DNA of 64,000 bases from an uncultured Planctomycetaceae bacterium (GTDB taxonomy: Bacteria; Planctomycetota; Planctomycetia; Isosphaerales; Isosphaeraceae), in NCBI GenBank assembly GCA_963833985.1, contig CAWIAD010000002.1, forward strand, positions 1,376,001 to 1,440,000. The letters are read 5' to 3'. A model generated the notes under the pieces. The model was given only the letters and a program-made list of their open reading frames with translations. It ran no database searches and was not told the origin of the DNA. Shown piece by piece: positions 1 through 13,502 of this stretch; position 1 is the stretch's first letter; every line of letters begins with the position of its first letter. Made by a program: the position numbers and the translations under genes.

Positions 1-367
1 CGAAGTGATCGAACCAGGTGACGAGGTTCGCGACGGCGAGGGCGGAGAGATCCTTGACTCGGAAGGAACCTCTCGCAGGCTACGACCTACTGGCGTACGT
101 AGTCTGCGGGCGCGTCTTATCCATGGCCACCCGCCGCCTCGGGACAGACGGTCGCCCGCCAGGAGACGACCACGACCGGTACTTTGTCGGGGCTCTCCAG
201 GGGGTCGCGAGACCGTCCGGTCTGGATCAGCCCGATCTGGCTCTGGCGGTCGCTGACGCACTGGAGTATCCAGCCGATGAGGTTGACTCAGGCCGCAGCG
301 TGACCGGCGATGTCACCCGTGGACCGGACGGTCGCCCACGGGGGATCGCCGAGCGGCCGGGCACGGC

Positions 368-1862
368 TTACATGTAGCCGGGCGCGTTGCTAGTTTCGCC
401 AAATTTCGCCGGAAGTTGCGCCTGTTCGGTCCAGTGGCTGCGCCGTCGTCGGACCTGCCTCCAGGCGAACAGGCCGACGATGGAATCTGCATAGAACATC
501 CCGCGCGGGGTCGGTACCATCGCGGTTCCGTCCACGGCGAGCAAGCCTTCAGCCTCGAGCGCTTCGACCTCGCACTCGAAATCAGCAAGCGGGTCGCCCC
601 GGAATGTGCTCATGTAGTCGTCGAGCCTCGATGTGCAGGGCGGCGAGCCGACGCGTGAGGAAGAAGATCCGCTGGTCCCAGGGGTCGTAATCGAAGCGGC
701 GGTCCCAGGTTGGACCGTCGCGATCCACGGCTGCCATGTATTCTTCCGAACTATCGGGGTTCATCGCCTTTGTGGCCCGCTCGGCTCCGCCAGCGAAGGA
801 GATCGCGGAGGGCCCGAAACCGACCACGTCGTAACGGTTGGGCCGGAAGCCAAACTTCTCGTAGACGAAGCGATGCGCGTGGCCACGGAACTCCCGCCGC
901 TCGAAATTGGTGAGCGTGGTCTGGTCGAAGTTCCGCTTCAGAAGCAGCTCGCGGAGCGCGAGCCAATTGTCGCAAGCTGTTTCGTTGCCAGGCAGGGAAG
1001 CGACCAGCGCGGGGTCGCGCGACCAGGCGGTGCCGAGACCCTCGAAGAGGACCAGGTGGTAAAGGCCCATGTGGTCCAGCCCGATGGCGACGGCCCGCTC
1101 GACGTCGTCGCGCATGTCGCCTTGAGATTCGCCCGGCAGGTTGAAGAGAAGATCGCCCGAGACCGTGAAACCTCGGGCGTGAGCCGCCTCGACGACGGCG
1201 CGGAACGTTGCCGCGTTGCCGAATCCGAGACGGCCCATGAGCCGCAGCCGCTCTTCCTGGAACGTCTGGATGCCCATGCTGAGGCGGAAATGGCGGGCTG
1301 GAAGTTCCTCGCGAAGGATGTCCATGAGCAAGGGCTCACGGTTCAGGAACGCGGCCGGAACGCCCTCCAGCGTGACCTCGGCCGAGGAGAGATCGAACGA
1401 CCCGGCGAGAGCTCTGCAAAGAGTATGGAACGACTCAGGCGGGCAGAGATTTGCAGTGCCGCCGCCGAAATAGAGCCCGGCAACCTGCCTCCCATGGAGG
1501 CTGGGATCACGACGGAGGCGATCACCGATCTCCTTGACCACGTGATTGACGATGTGGGAGGCTTTCCGCCGGTTGAACACCTCATGCGGGAACGTGCAGA
1601 AACCGCAGCCGGCGACCGCCGGGTTGCAGAAGGGATGCGGAAGGACCCCCACGAGCAGCCCGCGCGCGGGGTCGTGGTTCAGGTTCGGGTCAACCCAGCC
1701 ATGGCGATAAAGCTTCTTGTTCCGGGGCATGGCGGCTGCCAGCGGATAACCGTGCAGCAACCGGTGTCGCTGTGGCCGTTGCATCAGGCGGCGGAGCAGC
1801 TCCCGGTCGTGAGCGGTCGGAGACGCGGTGTCAAGGTGGAGCACTTCAACAAGCAGGTGCAT
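368..1862 (-). CDS. HemN/coproporphyrinogen III oxidase-like radical SAM protein (frameshift near 625)
   Basis: HPFC-x6-CGFC, YFGGGT, EVTLEG, RLSMGIQTF, DLLFNLPG, GFGPSAIS; C-terminus continues in ORF 368-613 (..PTPRGMFYAD..); GAGG-containing SD just upstream of 1862. Confidence 0.85.
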
Positions 1863-1905
1863 GAGGAAACTCCTTGAGGGTTGGGGGACGGTTCTAGCAA
1901 CGAAG

Positions 1906-2400
1906 TCATTGACCGTGGAAATGTGCGCGATCAGTGATCGCCTTCGGGTTCAGGCCTGGGATGCGGTGCCTTGACGGTCCGTGCGCAATTCGCCGCGAAA
2001 ATAGGTCCAGGACGATGCCCGCCAGCAGGTATTGCGAGAAACTCTGTAGTATCCAGCAAATAATGATCTGGTGTGGTATTGTGATGGAGGCGTAAGCCAG
2101 GAGATAGATCGGCAATGCGCCAACGAAGAATAGCGCCGCTCCGAGGCGCGCACCGTTCAGCGGCACCACTGAACCGACTGCGAGGAAAGCCCAGGTGAAC
2201 AAGAAACCAAAAGCGAGCGGATGGAAGATCATGTAAGGCAGAGTCCACCCCGGCCAGGGACGGAAGATGCCGCTCGTCACGTAGAGAGTGGAGAGCGAAG
2301 TCGTCACGAGGATGTGAAAGAACAGTCCGACCACTAGCATAACCATGCCGGCAAGGCCGCCAAGGCTGAGGAACGCCCTGGTTTTGGTGCATCTGGTCAT
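1906..2400 (-). CDS. small multi-pass membrane protein, probably separately initiated
   Basis: in-frame ATG at 2400 preceded by GAGGA; four hydrophobic segments. Confidence 0.55.
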   Translation of the reverse strand: MTRCTKTRAFLSLGGLAGMVMLVVGLFFHILVTTSLSTLYVTSGIFRPWPGWTLPYMIFHPLAFGFLFTWAFLAVGSVVPLNGARLGAALFFVGALPIYLLAYASITIPHQIIICWILQSFSQYLLAGIVLDLFSRRIAHGPSRHRIPGLNPKAITDRAHFHGQ

Positions 2401-3702
2401 TGTATGTTCCTCAATTCTGAGATCATGTACGCTGTCGAGGGTTGAATACCGCCTTTCGTTGAGTCCCATCGCACGACGGACACTCTTTGCTTCGAGTCGA
2501 GTGATCGGCTTGCGGCCGCGGATCGTCAGGGAATCCAGGTCGGAAGGAACCCGCGTCAGGAACTCGCCGCCATCGCGTGTGACAAGAATCGTGTCGGAAT
2601 GGCGGAAGCCGCCCACGTCTCCCTCATGCAAGTAGATTCCCGGTTCAATGCTGATCACCATGTTCTCGGCGAGTATGTCCGCGCTGCCCGCGGCGACCCA
2701 GGGAGCTTCATGATTGCCCAGACCAATGCCATGTCCCGTGCGATGGAGCCGGCATTCCTCGCCCGCGTACCCTTGCTTCGCCAGGAAAGCGTTGACGGCG
2801 TCGTCGATGTCGCCACAGGGGATCCCAGGCCGGACCATCTTCAGCGCAAGTTTTCTTGCCTCGAGCATGGCCTGAAACACGGATCTTGTCTTCGCATCAG
2901 GTCGCACTGTGAAGAAAGTCCGCTCGCTCTCCGCGGCATAGCCGTTGACCCGTAGGAAAGCAAGGGCCACATGCGGACCACGTCCCAGGCGATCCCGCGG
3001 GGACGGAATGGAATGAGGCTGGGCGCTGCGTGGCGCAGCCCAGGTCGCCATGAGCACGCGGTTGGTAAGAGGGTCCCAGTCGGGGCTGTCGCGAATGATC
3101 GACCGCGTGATCCTGCCGGTCCGCGCAAAACCTTCGGCAACCGTCGCGTCCCGGTAAGCCGCGTCGAGAAGCTGCTGGACGGCTAAGTCGGCGTATCGGG
3201 CGGCCTGCCTGATCATGGCGATCTCGGCCTCGGACTTGATCAGCCGCAAGCTCTCGATAAGCGTCAGTGCCACGGGCGAGAGTTCCTGCAGCTCGCCGGC
3301 GATGTCCAGCCGGAGTGAAGCCTCCACTCCGATGCGTCCTGCTTTTCCACAAAGGTCCAGAAGGACATCACGCCAGGCTCGGCCCGGCGGCGCGGGGTGA
3401 TCCCGGTAAGTGTGAATGACTCGCGTCTGAACTCCCTGGCTTTTCTTCATGTGTTCGGCATCGAGCCTGGGAACCAGGAGCGCCGGCTCCTCCCTCCCAG
3501 GCGGCGTCACGATGAGGAAGAACGGCCGCTCCAGCGGCTCGAACCCCGCGCCGGTCAGGTAATAGATACTGTCGAACGAAGAGACCAGGAGCCGGTCGAG
3601 ACCGGCGCCGGCAACGGCGGTTTGAAGCCGGCCAAGGCGATCGCGATACTCTTCCGCGGTGATTCGTGGCATGGCTTTCTGAAGTCTCCCTACAGAATTC
3701 AT
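1906..3702 (-). CDS. M24 Xaa-Pro aminopeptidase, read in frame into a 4-TM membrane protein
   Basis: creatinase-like N-domain, LRLIKSEAEI, HRTGHGIGLGNHEAP, SIEPGIY, RHSDTILVT; start uncertain (3702 or 3672). Confidence 0.85.
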   Translation of the reverse strand: MNSVGRLQKAMPRITAEEYRDRLGRLQTAVAGAGLDRLLVSSFDSIYYLTGAGFEPLERPFFLIVTPPGREEPALLVPRLDAEHMKKSQGVQTRVIHTYRDHPAPPGRAWRDVLLDLCGKAGRIGVEASLRLDIAGELQELSPVALTLIESLRLIKSEAEIAMIRQAARYADLAVQQLLDAAYRDATVAEGFARTGRITRSIIRDSPDWDPLTNRVLMATWAAPRSAQPHSIPSPRDRLGRGPHVALAFLRVNGYAAESERTFFTVRPDAKTRSVFQAMLEARKLALKMVRPGIPCGDIDDAVNAFLAKQGYAGEECRLHRTGHGIGLGNHEAPWVAAGSADILAENMVISIEPGIYLHEGDVGGFRHSDTILVTRDGGEFLTRVPSDLDSLTIRGRKPITRLEAKSVRRAMGLNERRYSTLDSVHDLRIEEHTMTRCTKTRAFLSLGGLAGMVMLVVGLFFHILVTTSLSTLYVTSGIFRPWPGWTLPYMIFHPLAFGFLFTWAFLAVGSVVPLNGARLGAALFFVGALPIYLLAYASITIPHQIIICWILQSFSQYLLAGIVLDLFSRRIAHGPSRHRIPGLNPKAITDRAHFHGQ

Positions 3703-3833
3703 ACGTGCTCCCGATGAAAAGCTTTCTTGTCGGTTTCGCCGATAGCGCGATAGCAACAGGGGGCCGGCGTGGAAACCGCTTGCGGGGTCTCAAGACGAGT
3801 GCCGCAATGGACTTTGCTGGAGCAGCGAACTGA

Positions 3834-3850
3834 AGCAGCTTCGGTGCCGA
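3834..3850 (-). promoter_or_regulatory. putative sigma54 (-24/-12) promoter for the peptidase/radical SAM operon
   Basis: minus strand TCGGCACCGAAGCTGCT = GG-N10-GC, between divergent genes, next to a sigma54 activator. Confidence 0.5.
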
Positions 3851-4010
3851 ATCTCCGTGGCCGTTCTAAATCAAGGCGCCACCATGCCTTGTGGAGTTTC
3901 AGGAAGGACCCAACCACTGGCAGCTCGCCAGCCGCGCGGCATATTCTGTAGCATGGACCGCAAAACATGTCGGCCGTGTCTCGAGTAGGCAAAGAGCGCA
4001 GCAGCGCGGG

Positions 4011-5774
4011 ATGGTGATGATGGCACTTCTGGAGTCCGGTCAGTGGCGTGTCGCCCAGTCGATCGCGGGGATCGGCTTCTGCAACCCGTTCCTTCCCGAG
4101 CGGCTCGAGCTGGAGCGGCGCGCTCTCGGGGCCGACTATGTCGACGTCGGGCCTGTGATCCAGGCTCGTCCCGGGGTTCCCGTAGAGGAGCACTTCCCGA
4201 ACGTGACGCTACTCCGCCAGCGCGGCGAGGAGGCTCTCAAGACCATGCGGTTGCAGCTGGAGGAAGGGCATCCCGCAACGGAGTCCGAACTTCTGGTTTA
4301 TGAGAATCTGGCGCTCTTCGTGATCTATAGCCGGTACATGAACTCACTTGACGGACTGGTCGCCAGGTCGCTGAACCAGAAGGGCTGGGACGGCAAGGTC
4401 TCAGAGCGAGAGTGGAAAGCCTTCCTGTACGATTTCCAGTACTACTTCCAGATCCCCGGCCGGGACCTTCCTTCAAAGCATGATGCGGCCAGGGTCTTCG
4501 CCGGATACTTCCAGATCGAGCGCACCTTCATACACATCTTCCACAAGATCCGCGGAGGCTCGATGCCGGCGGCGCGGTTGCGTGCGGCGGTATGGCAATC
4601 GATTTTCACCCATGACATGGCACGTTATCTCCGGGTACTGCACCGGCGCATGACCAGGGTGCCAACACTGATCACGGGGCCCTCCGGAAGCGGCAAGGAG
4701 CTTGTCAGCCGGGCGATCGGTCTGTCCTGCTTCATCCCCTTCAACCCGTTGAGCAAGAGATTCGATGCCCTCATGGACGACCTGTACGTGCCTTTGAACA
4801 TCGCGGCGCTGAGCGCGACCTTGATCGAGTCTGAATTGTTCGGGCATGTCAAGGGGGCCTTCTCGGGGGCGAATCAGAACCGCGAGGGATGGCTTGGAAA
4901 ATGCGGTCCCCATGGCGCGGTGTTCCTTGACGAGATCGGCGAGCTTGAAGGCTCGATCCAGGTGAAGCTTTTGCGCGTGCTCGAATCGAAACTGTTCCAG
5001 CGCGTCGGCGACACGGTTAACCGGAGTTTCAACGGCAAGATCATCGCGGCCACCAACCGCAACCTGGCCGCGGAGATGAAGGCCGGCAAGTTCCGCGCGG
5101 ATCTCTATTACCGGCTTTGTGCCGATCAGGTCGGCACGCCCTCGCTGGCCGAGCAGCTTGCCCACCGGCCCGAAGATCTGGATCAGCTGGTTCAATACTT
5201 GGCAGAAGAGGTTCTCGGATGCGAGGTGTCCGGCGGAGACGACGCCGCACGGGATGACTTCGCGGTTCGCGAAGCGCGTGCGTTGACCCGGGAGGTCGTC
5301 TCCTGGATCGATCGCGAACTCGGCCGCGGCTATACCTGGCCGGGAAACTTCCGGGAGCTGGGGCAGTGCGTCCGGAATATCATGATCCGCGGCAGTTACC
5401 GTCCCAGCCCCCACGGCCGCGATCCTGATGACAGGCGTGAACCGGCCGAAACGTTCCTCCACCAGGTCCGCGAGCTGGAGCTCTCGGCGGACGAACTCCT
5501 GGGCCGGTACTACGCGCTGGCCTACGATCGATGTGGGCGCAGTTACCAGGCCACCGGCCGACGATTGGGTGTTGACTGGCGCGTGATCAAAGACAACCTC
5601 GATCGATCGTTTCTTGACCAGCTTCCGGGCGGCGAACTACCACTTCACGATCGAGTCTCGACGTCGACGGGACGCGGTAAGCCAGCGCCTCAGCCAGACA
5701 CTGCCGGCTCCAGGATCGACCGTGCCCAGTCCATGTCGCGGTCCAGGAGCGGTGGAACTGGCGGTTCCCCGTAA
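4011..5774 (+). CDS. sigma54-dependent enhancer-binding transcriptional regulator without receiver domain
   Basis: GPSGSGKE Walker A, ESELFGHVKGAFSGA, FLDEIGEL, IIAATNRNL, FRADLYYRL, WPGNFREL. Confidence 0.9.
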   Translation: MVMMALLESGQWRVAQSIAGIGFCNPFLPERLELERRALGADYVDVGPVIQARPGVPVEEHFPNVTLLRQRGEEALKTMRLQLEEGHPATESELLVYENLALFVIYSRYMNSLDGLVARSLNQKGWDGKVSEREWKAFLYDFQYYFQIPGRDLPSKHDAARVFAGYFQIERTFIHIFHKIRGGSMPAARLRAAVWQSIFTHDMARYLRVLHRRMTRVPTLITGPSGSGKELVSRAIGLSCFIPFNPLSKRFDALMDDLYVPLNIAALSATLIESELFGHVKGAFSGANQNREGWLGKCGPHGAVFLDEIGELEGSIQVKLLRVLESKLFQRVGDTVNRSFNGKIIAATNRNLAAEMKAGKFRADLYYRLCADQVGTPSLAEQLAHRPEDLDQLVQYLAEEVLGCEVSGGDDAARDDFAVREARALTREVVSWIDRELGRGYTWPGNFRELGQCVRNIMIRGSYRPSPHGRDPDDRREPAETFLHQVRELELSADELLGRYYALAYDRCGRSYQATGRRLGVDWRVIKDNLDRSFLDQLPGGELPLHDRVSTSTGRGKPAPQPDTAGSRIDRAQSMSRSRSGGTGGSP

Positions 5775-6478
5775 TTCAAGCGCAGGTCGAACCGGGCGCG
5801 GTCGTAGAGGGCGTGAACGACTGCGCCGAGGTCGAACTCGGGCTCCGGGTCTTCGGGCAGGAGCGGGATCGGGATCGCCGGGATCGGCTGCCGGACGCCG
5901 AAGACGTGGAGTTGCGCCTTCGGTCGCGTGGCCCCTCGGCTCACGAGGATGCGATAGTCGATGCGTTTGATCGGCACGCGGGCCAGGGGCATGGGCTGCC
6001 CGGCGCGCAGCAGGTCGATCTCGACGAGGTTGGTTCGAGAATCGAGGATTTTCATCCGCTTGTTGAGGTATTTCACTCGTCCTTCCGCGTGGATCTTGTT
6101 GACGGGGGAGAGGATCTCCAGCACCGTGACCAGGGTTCCGGTCTCGACGTCGTGAATTTCCAGGAACCACTCTTGAAGCGAGTCGTTGGTCACGACCTCC
6201 ACGTCGAGCACGCCGCCCACAGCCGATTCCTCGTTCTCGGCCGGCTCCCACCCCGCATTGCCACGCGCGGGTCTGGCAATCACGAGGTCGGGTCGGCCCA
6301 CCAAGACGAGTTCACCCGGGTCCATCCTGTACGCCTGCTGCTCGAGGCCGATGTAATACTTCGGTGCGACTTGGGGCGTAAGCTCATTGGCAATCGCCGC
6401 GATCAGGCTGTTGTGCACATCCGGCCAGAGCGCTGGATGTTCGAGCCAGGGATCCATGCCGGGGAATGGTGGTCGCAT
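5690..6478 (-). CDS. DUF4058 family protein
   Basis: MRPPFPGMDPWLE, LEILSPVNK, LVEIDLLRAG. Confidence 0.9.
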   Translation of the reverse strand: MRPPFPGMDPWLEHPALWPDVHNSLIAAIANELTPQVAPKYYIGLEQQAYRMDPGELVLVGRPDLVIARPARGNAGWEPAENEESAVGGVLDVEVVTNDSLQEWFLEIHDVETGTLVTVLEILSPVNKIHAEGRVKYLNKRMKILDSRTNLVEIDLLRAGQPMPLARVPIKRIDYRILVSRGATRPKAQLHVFGVRQPIPAIPIPLLPEDPEPEFDLGAVVHALYDRARFDLRLNYGEPPVPPLLDRDMDWARSILEPAVSG

Positions 6479-6549
6479 GCTTCGAAGCAAATTCTCCGCA
6501 GGACCAGTCCTGTTCCTTGTGTTCCTTGAGCTCAAGGCGACTATCCCTA

Positions 6550-8043
<1,494 letters not shown>

Positions 8044-8063
8044 GGGGGTATCGCTCCACTCGA

Positions 8064-11000
8064 TCAACCTTTGGTCACCACTTCGTCCAGGTTAAGGATC
8101 ACGTTGCCGATCATGGTCCAGGCGGCCAGCTCGGCGGGGTCCCACTTCGGGTCGGCCTTCGTCTCGCCGGTGGCGATCAATGCCCGGGCCGCGTCGGGAT
8201 GTCCGGCGTAGCGCGCCTGGAAGTCCTGGAGGGCCGAGGTCAGCTCGGCGAGCTCCCGGGCGTCGGGCCGGCGCGCGGTGGCAAGGCGGAACATGAAAGC
8301 GAGCCGCTCGTCGGTGGTCGGCCCGGCCTCGCGGAAGGTTCGCTCGGCCAGACCGCGTGCCGCCTCCACCATTTGCGGCTCGTTCATGAGCAGGAGCGCC
8401 TGGAGGGGGGTGTTGGTGCGTTCCCTGCGCACCAGGCACGCCTCGCGGGAAGGAGCGTCGAAGGTGGTCATCTGGGGCGGAGGCGAGGTCCGCTTCCAGA
8501 AGGTGTAAAGGCTGCGGCGATGCACCTTCTCGGGGCCGCTGTCGGCGGTGAACCGCGCGGTGTTGCTGCCGGTGTAACCCACGGCTTCCCACAGGCCGGC
8601 CGGCTGGGGCGGCTTCACGCTTGGCCCGCCCACATGCTCGACGAGCAGGCCGCCGAGGGCGAGTGCCTGGTCGCGCACCATCTCGGCATCCAGCCGGTAG
8701 CGAGGGCCGCGGCTCAGCAGTCGGTTGGCCGGGTCGCGGGCGAGGCTTTCGGATGTCACGTGCGCGCTCTGGCGATAGGCTGCCGACATCACCAGCCGTT
8801 TCATGAACCGCTTCACGTCCCAGCCGTCGTCACGGAACTGCACCGCCAGCCAGTCGAGCAGTTCGGGATGGCTGGGCGGTTCTCCTTGCGACCCGAAATC
8901 CTCGGCCGTCTTCACGAGTCCGGTGCCGAAGATTTGAAGCCAGAACCGGTTCACGGCCACCCGTGCGGTCAACGGGTGGTTCGGCGCCACCAGCCAGCGG
9001 GCCAGGCCCAGGCGGTTCAATGGCGCGCCCGCGGGCGGAGGGGGCAAGAACGCCGGCAAGGCGCGTCCCACCTTGTCGCGGCGCTGATCGTATTCACCAC
9101 GGTTCAGGATGTAGGCCGGCTTCGGCTCGCCCTGCCGCTCGCGGAAGACGAGGGTTGTGGGAACCTGGCCCTCGACCTGGCTGCGCGCCTGTTCGGCGGC
9201 CGCCCGCTCGGCGAGCAGCGGTTCCAGGACGGCACGCGAGCCCGAGAAATCGCGCTCGATGAAAGCGGCCAGCAGCGCCTTCTGCTGCACCGAGGTTCGC
9301 TTCGAGCGCTCGACGGCGAGGCTCGCTTTGATCTCGCTGGACAGGCCCGCGCCGCGGTCGGCCTTCCGGCGCGCAGCCAGGCAGCGAACGAGCCGTAGAG
9401 CTGGCCTTCCTGTGGCGTCCAGGTGTCGAGGCCCGCGCGGTCCCAGTACACCGTTCCATCGTGCTGCGTGAAGGCCCAGCCGTCGATGAGGGTCCCGGGC
9501 TTGAGGCCCAGCTTGCCGGCCTCCACCTCCAGACGGACCCACTTGCCGGAGGCCGGCAGGTCTCCGCGATGCAACCGCTCGGGCGTACCGTCCTTGCCCC
9601 ACGAGATGAGGTTCTGGCCCCAGTACGCGCGGTGGCTCCAGCCGCCCTCGGTATGCCACTGAAGCATGATCTCCCTGGGAGGGTCGAGCGGGTCGAGGAA
9701 CACCTGGGCAAAGAGTGTGTCCCCCTCACCGATCTTCAGCTTGCGCGGGGCGCTGTCGAAGAACCGTTGCTTGAGCCCCTGGGCCGCGACCCGCAGCGCC
9801 GCTTGACCGCTGGCGACGGGGTGCTCGGGACGGGTCACGAATTCCCAGGGGCCATCACCCTGGGCCTTCGCTCCACCGGGCACGGCGTCTTCGATCCAGA
9901 CGAAGTCGCGGCGCTCCACGACCTCGCTCTCGCCGGCATCGGCCTTCGGATCGTAAGCCGCGACGGCCCGGGCCACGGCCGCGGAGATCTTCCGGCTCAC
10001 CGCGGCGATGCGCGCGTCGGCCTCGGCCATGGCCTTCTTCTGGTCGGGCGAGGGCACTCTCACCACCGGTGCCCAGCGTGCGTCGTTGCCGTCGAGCGCA
10101 GGGCCGTCAATGTTGTTGAAGAAAGCGAAGAGCTGGTAGTAGTCTTTCGACCGGACCGGGTCGTACTTGTGATCGTGGCAGCGGGCGCAGCCGATGGTCA
10201 TGCCCAGGAACACGGTGCCATTGGTATCGACCTGGTCGAACACGTTGCGGACGTAGACTTCTTCCTCGATCGACCCTCCCTCGCTCGTCGAGATGTGGCA
10301 GCGGTTGTAGCCGGTGGCGACAAGCTGATCGAGCGTGGGGTCGGGCAGAAGATCGCCGGCAAGCTGTTCCACGACGAACTGGTCGAACGGCTTGTTGGTA
10401 TTGAACGCCCGGATCACCCAGTCGCGGTACGGCCACATCTCGCGGTAGTTGTCCAGGTGCAGCCCGTGGGTATCTCCGTAGCGGGCAGCGTCGAGCCAGA
10501 ACCGGGCCATCTGCTCGCCGTAACGCGGCGAGTCGAGCAGCCGGTCGACGATCCGCTCATAGTTCGACTCCGAGCTGTCGGCCAGGAAGGCGTCGACGTC
10601 CTTGAGCGCGGGAGGCAGCCCGGTGAGGTCGAGCGCGAGCCGGCGGATCAAGGTGGCCGGGTCGGCCTGCGGGGCGGGATGCAGCCCCTCCTCCTCGAGG
10701 CGGGCGAGGATGAACCGGTCGACCGGGTTCCGCGGCCATCGCGCGTTCTTGACGTCGGGCAGGCCCGGCTTGCGGGGCGGCTCGAACGCCCAGTGCGTGG
10801 TCCAGGGTGCGCCTTGCTGGACCCACTGGCGGAGCGTCTCGATCTGCTGGGCCGTCAGCCGTTTGCCCGACTTCCTCGGCGGCATCACGGCCTCGGGATC
10901 GTCCGATTCCACGCGGAAGATCAGCTCGCTGTCCTCCGCCTTGCCGGGAACGATGGCGAACTCGCCGCCCTTCAGCTTCCCCATCGCACCGTCCCTGGTG

Positions 11001-11224
11001 TCCAGCCGCAAGCCGGCCTTGCGCTGCTTGTCGTCGGGCCCGTGGCACGCGAAGCAATTGTCCGAAAGAATGGAACGGACATCGCGGGCAAAGTTCACGG
11101 GGCGGCTCTTGTTGTCGGCCGCCTTCGTGGCGCCCGTGTCCCCGGCTCGGGCCAGCGGGGAAAGCAGAAGGAAGCTGGAAACGCCAATCCATGCGAGCGC
11201 TGCGTTGCGGACGAGAGAGGCCAT
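8064..11224 (-). CDS. planctomycete cytochrome c / DUF1549 (PSCyt2) / DUF1553 (PSD1) protein (frameshift near 9370)
   Basis: [58 protein letters not shown]; split over ORFs 9104-11434 and 8064-9659. Confidence 0.9.
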
Positions 11225-11591
11225 CGGATCGCCCCCTGCGTGGCCGCCCGGTTGGCGTTTCTGCGGAGACCCGTGCTTCGTTCGCTGGATCGGTGCGAGC
11301 GGGTTCAGGTCCTCGGCAGCATCGTCTCGCGGGCGGGATCGGGTTTGCGCTGGTGTGATCAATGCGAGGCAGGTCGGAAGGCATGCCCGGCGGCGCCTCG
11401 AGATCTCGCCACCCAGCCTCCATCCTCGACACATTATATAGAATCTTCCTTGCGTTTGTCACCCCACTCGTGCCGGGCATGAGGGGCAGGGGAGTGATGG
11501 CCGGTGGCTCGCGGCGGTCGGACGGGCATCTGCGTGCGGGACGCAACCCTGCGCGTTGACTGAGATTCGGGCGAATTCCTACAATCCGACC

Positions 11592-13479
11592 ATGGCCACC
11601 GACCTGCCGATGCCCGGCTCCTGCGTCTTCCTGCTCGCGGGCCTGCCGGGAATCTGGCTGGCCGGCCGGCTGCTGGCGCGGCGCATCCTCTCGGAACCGC
11701 TGAGCGTCTTGTTAGTGGGTCCGGGCCTGGGGCTGGCCGCCTGGCTTCTGGCGGTGCACTTCACAGCGCGCTGGACCGGGTCGTTCCTGGTCGGACTCTG
11801 GGCGGGGACGGCGAGTGTGGCGCTGGCCGGGTTGCTTGGCTGGGTCGAGCGCGTCCCGTGAGCGCTTCACTCATGAGCGGGCCGATGAGCCGGCAGGCCG
11901 ACGTTCCGTGGCTCCCGCACGCGCCATGATCGTCTCGGCCGTTCTGAGCACGCTGCTCATTGCGCCGATGACCCTGAACTGGGCATTCCACGACGAGCAG
12001 CTCTACACGGGCCACACGGGCGTCGTGTCCCAGCTTTTGAACGGCCACTATCCGCCCCGGCACATGACCTTCCCGGAGCTGGAGTACCGCTACCATTACG
12101 GCTTCGACGTCGCGGCCGCGGCCGTGTCCGCCGTCTTGCGGATTTCACCGGGCGCCGCGATCGACGTCGTCACGCTCGCGAGCTGGCCCTACACCTGGTG
12201 CTTGCTCTGGGTGCTGGGCGACACGCTGCTGGGGCGCGGCCGCGGCTGGCTCACGGCGCTGATCACGCTCTTCGGCGGCGGACTGCCTTACCTGCTGGCC
12301 CTGCACGATGGGTACTACGTCGCCCGGCTCGTCCTCATCTGCGAGGTCGGCGGCATGGACCTGAACCCTCCCATGATCTCGTACTTCTACCAGCATGCCT
12401 GGGGGCTGGGGTTGCCGCTCGCCCTCTGCGCCACGCTGCTCTTGCTGGAGCGCGACCGCGTGGGGCCTCTGCGCTATGCCTGCCTGGCGGTCCTGCTCTC
12501 CGCGCTCTCCTTCAGCCAGGTGGTGCTGTACGCGTCGCTGGCCGGTGCGCTCACGGTCGCGGAGGTCTTCTGCGACCGAACGTTGCGGGGACGCCGACTG
12601 GCCGGGACGGGCGCGGCGCTGGCGTTCGCCTTGCTGGCCGGCTGGGCCGCGGGCGGGTTCTTCCTGCCGCCTCCGGACCAGATGGGGATGGGCATCCACT
12701 TCCAGAGAGGCGTTGCCGCAACTCCGAGCGACACCCTGGTGTGGCACCTCCTGACCTACGGCTTGCTCTTGCCGCTGGGTATTTGCGGTTTCGCCTTCCT
12801 GTCCCGGGGCCGGCTGTTCCTGGCGCTGCTTGTGGCCGGCAGCCTGGGAGTCCTCAATTTCCTGACCTACGCCCATTCGTGGGACCTGGTCAAGTTCGGC
12901 ACGGTCGCCGCCTTGGCACTGGCGATCACCTCGAGTGCCACCGTCACGCGGGTGCTGGCGCTGCGGCCAGCGTTTCTGGGCCGCGCACTCGGCCTGATAC
13001 TCCTGGCGGGCCTCACGGCCGATGGCCTGGCATTTCCGCTGCTCTTCGCGATCGATGCGCCGGGGATCCCGCTGGCCATGTATCCGAAGGAAGCGTCGCG
13101 GCCGCCGTCGGGCGACGACCTTCAGGCGATCGGCTGGCTGCGAAGGCAGGTCCCGCCCGACGAGATCGTCTACCGCAAGCAGAGTGCCGCGCTGGCCTAC
13201 GACCACGTCGGTGGGCTGGCCGTTCCCTGGTTCGACGGCCTGACCGACACCTTCGGGTTCTCGCAGCAGCGCATGGACCGGCGCAGGCGGCTGCTCCTGG
13301 AGCCGCCCGGCGACCCTGAAACCTACGACGCGGAGCATCTTCGCTGGTTCGTGCTGGGGCCCGAGGACACTCCCGTGGCGCGGCACGTCGATCGCTGGAC
13401 GGAGCAGGGGCGGGCGCGCGTTGTGGCGCGGTTCGGGTCATTGCGCGTGGTCCGGCTGCTGCCGCGGCCTGGAGCCTGA
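11592..13479 (+). CDS. polytopic membrane protein, GT-C glycosyltransferase-like (frameshift near 11855)
   Basis: many TM segments, HDE and YRYHYGFD loop motifs; ORFs 11556-11861 and 11815-13479 overlap. Confidence 0.55.
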
Positions 13480-13502
13480 GCCAGGGCCTTGGCCTGCTCG
13501 GC

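Noticed and set aside
1..367. Gene or precursor peptide downstream of the radical SAM gene
   Set aside because: No convincing ORF with start and SD on either strand, and the window edge truncates the context.
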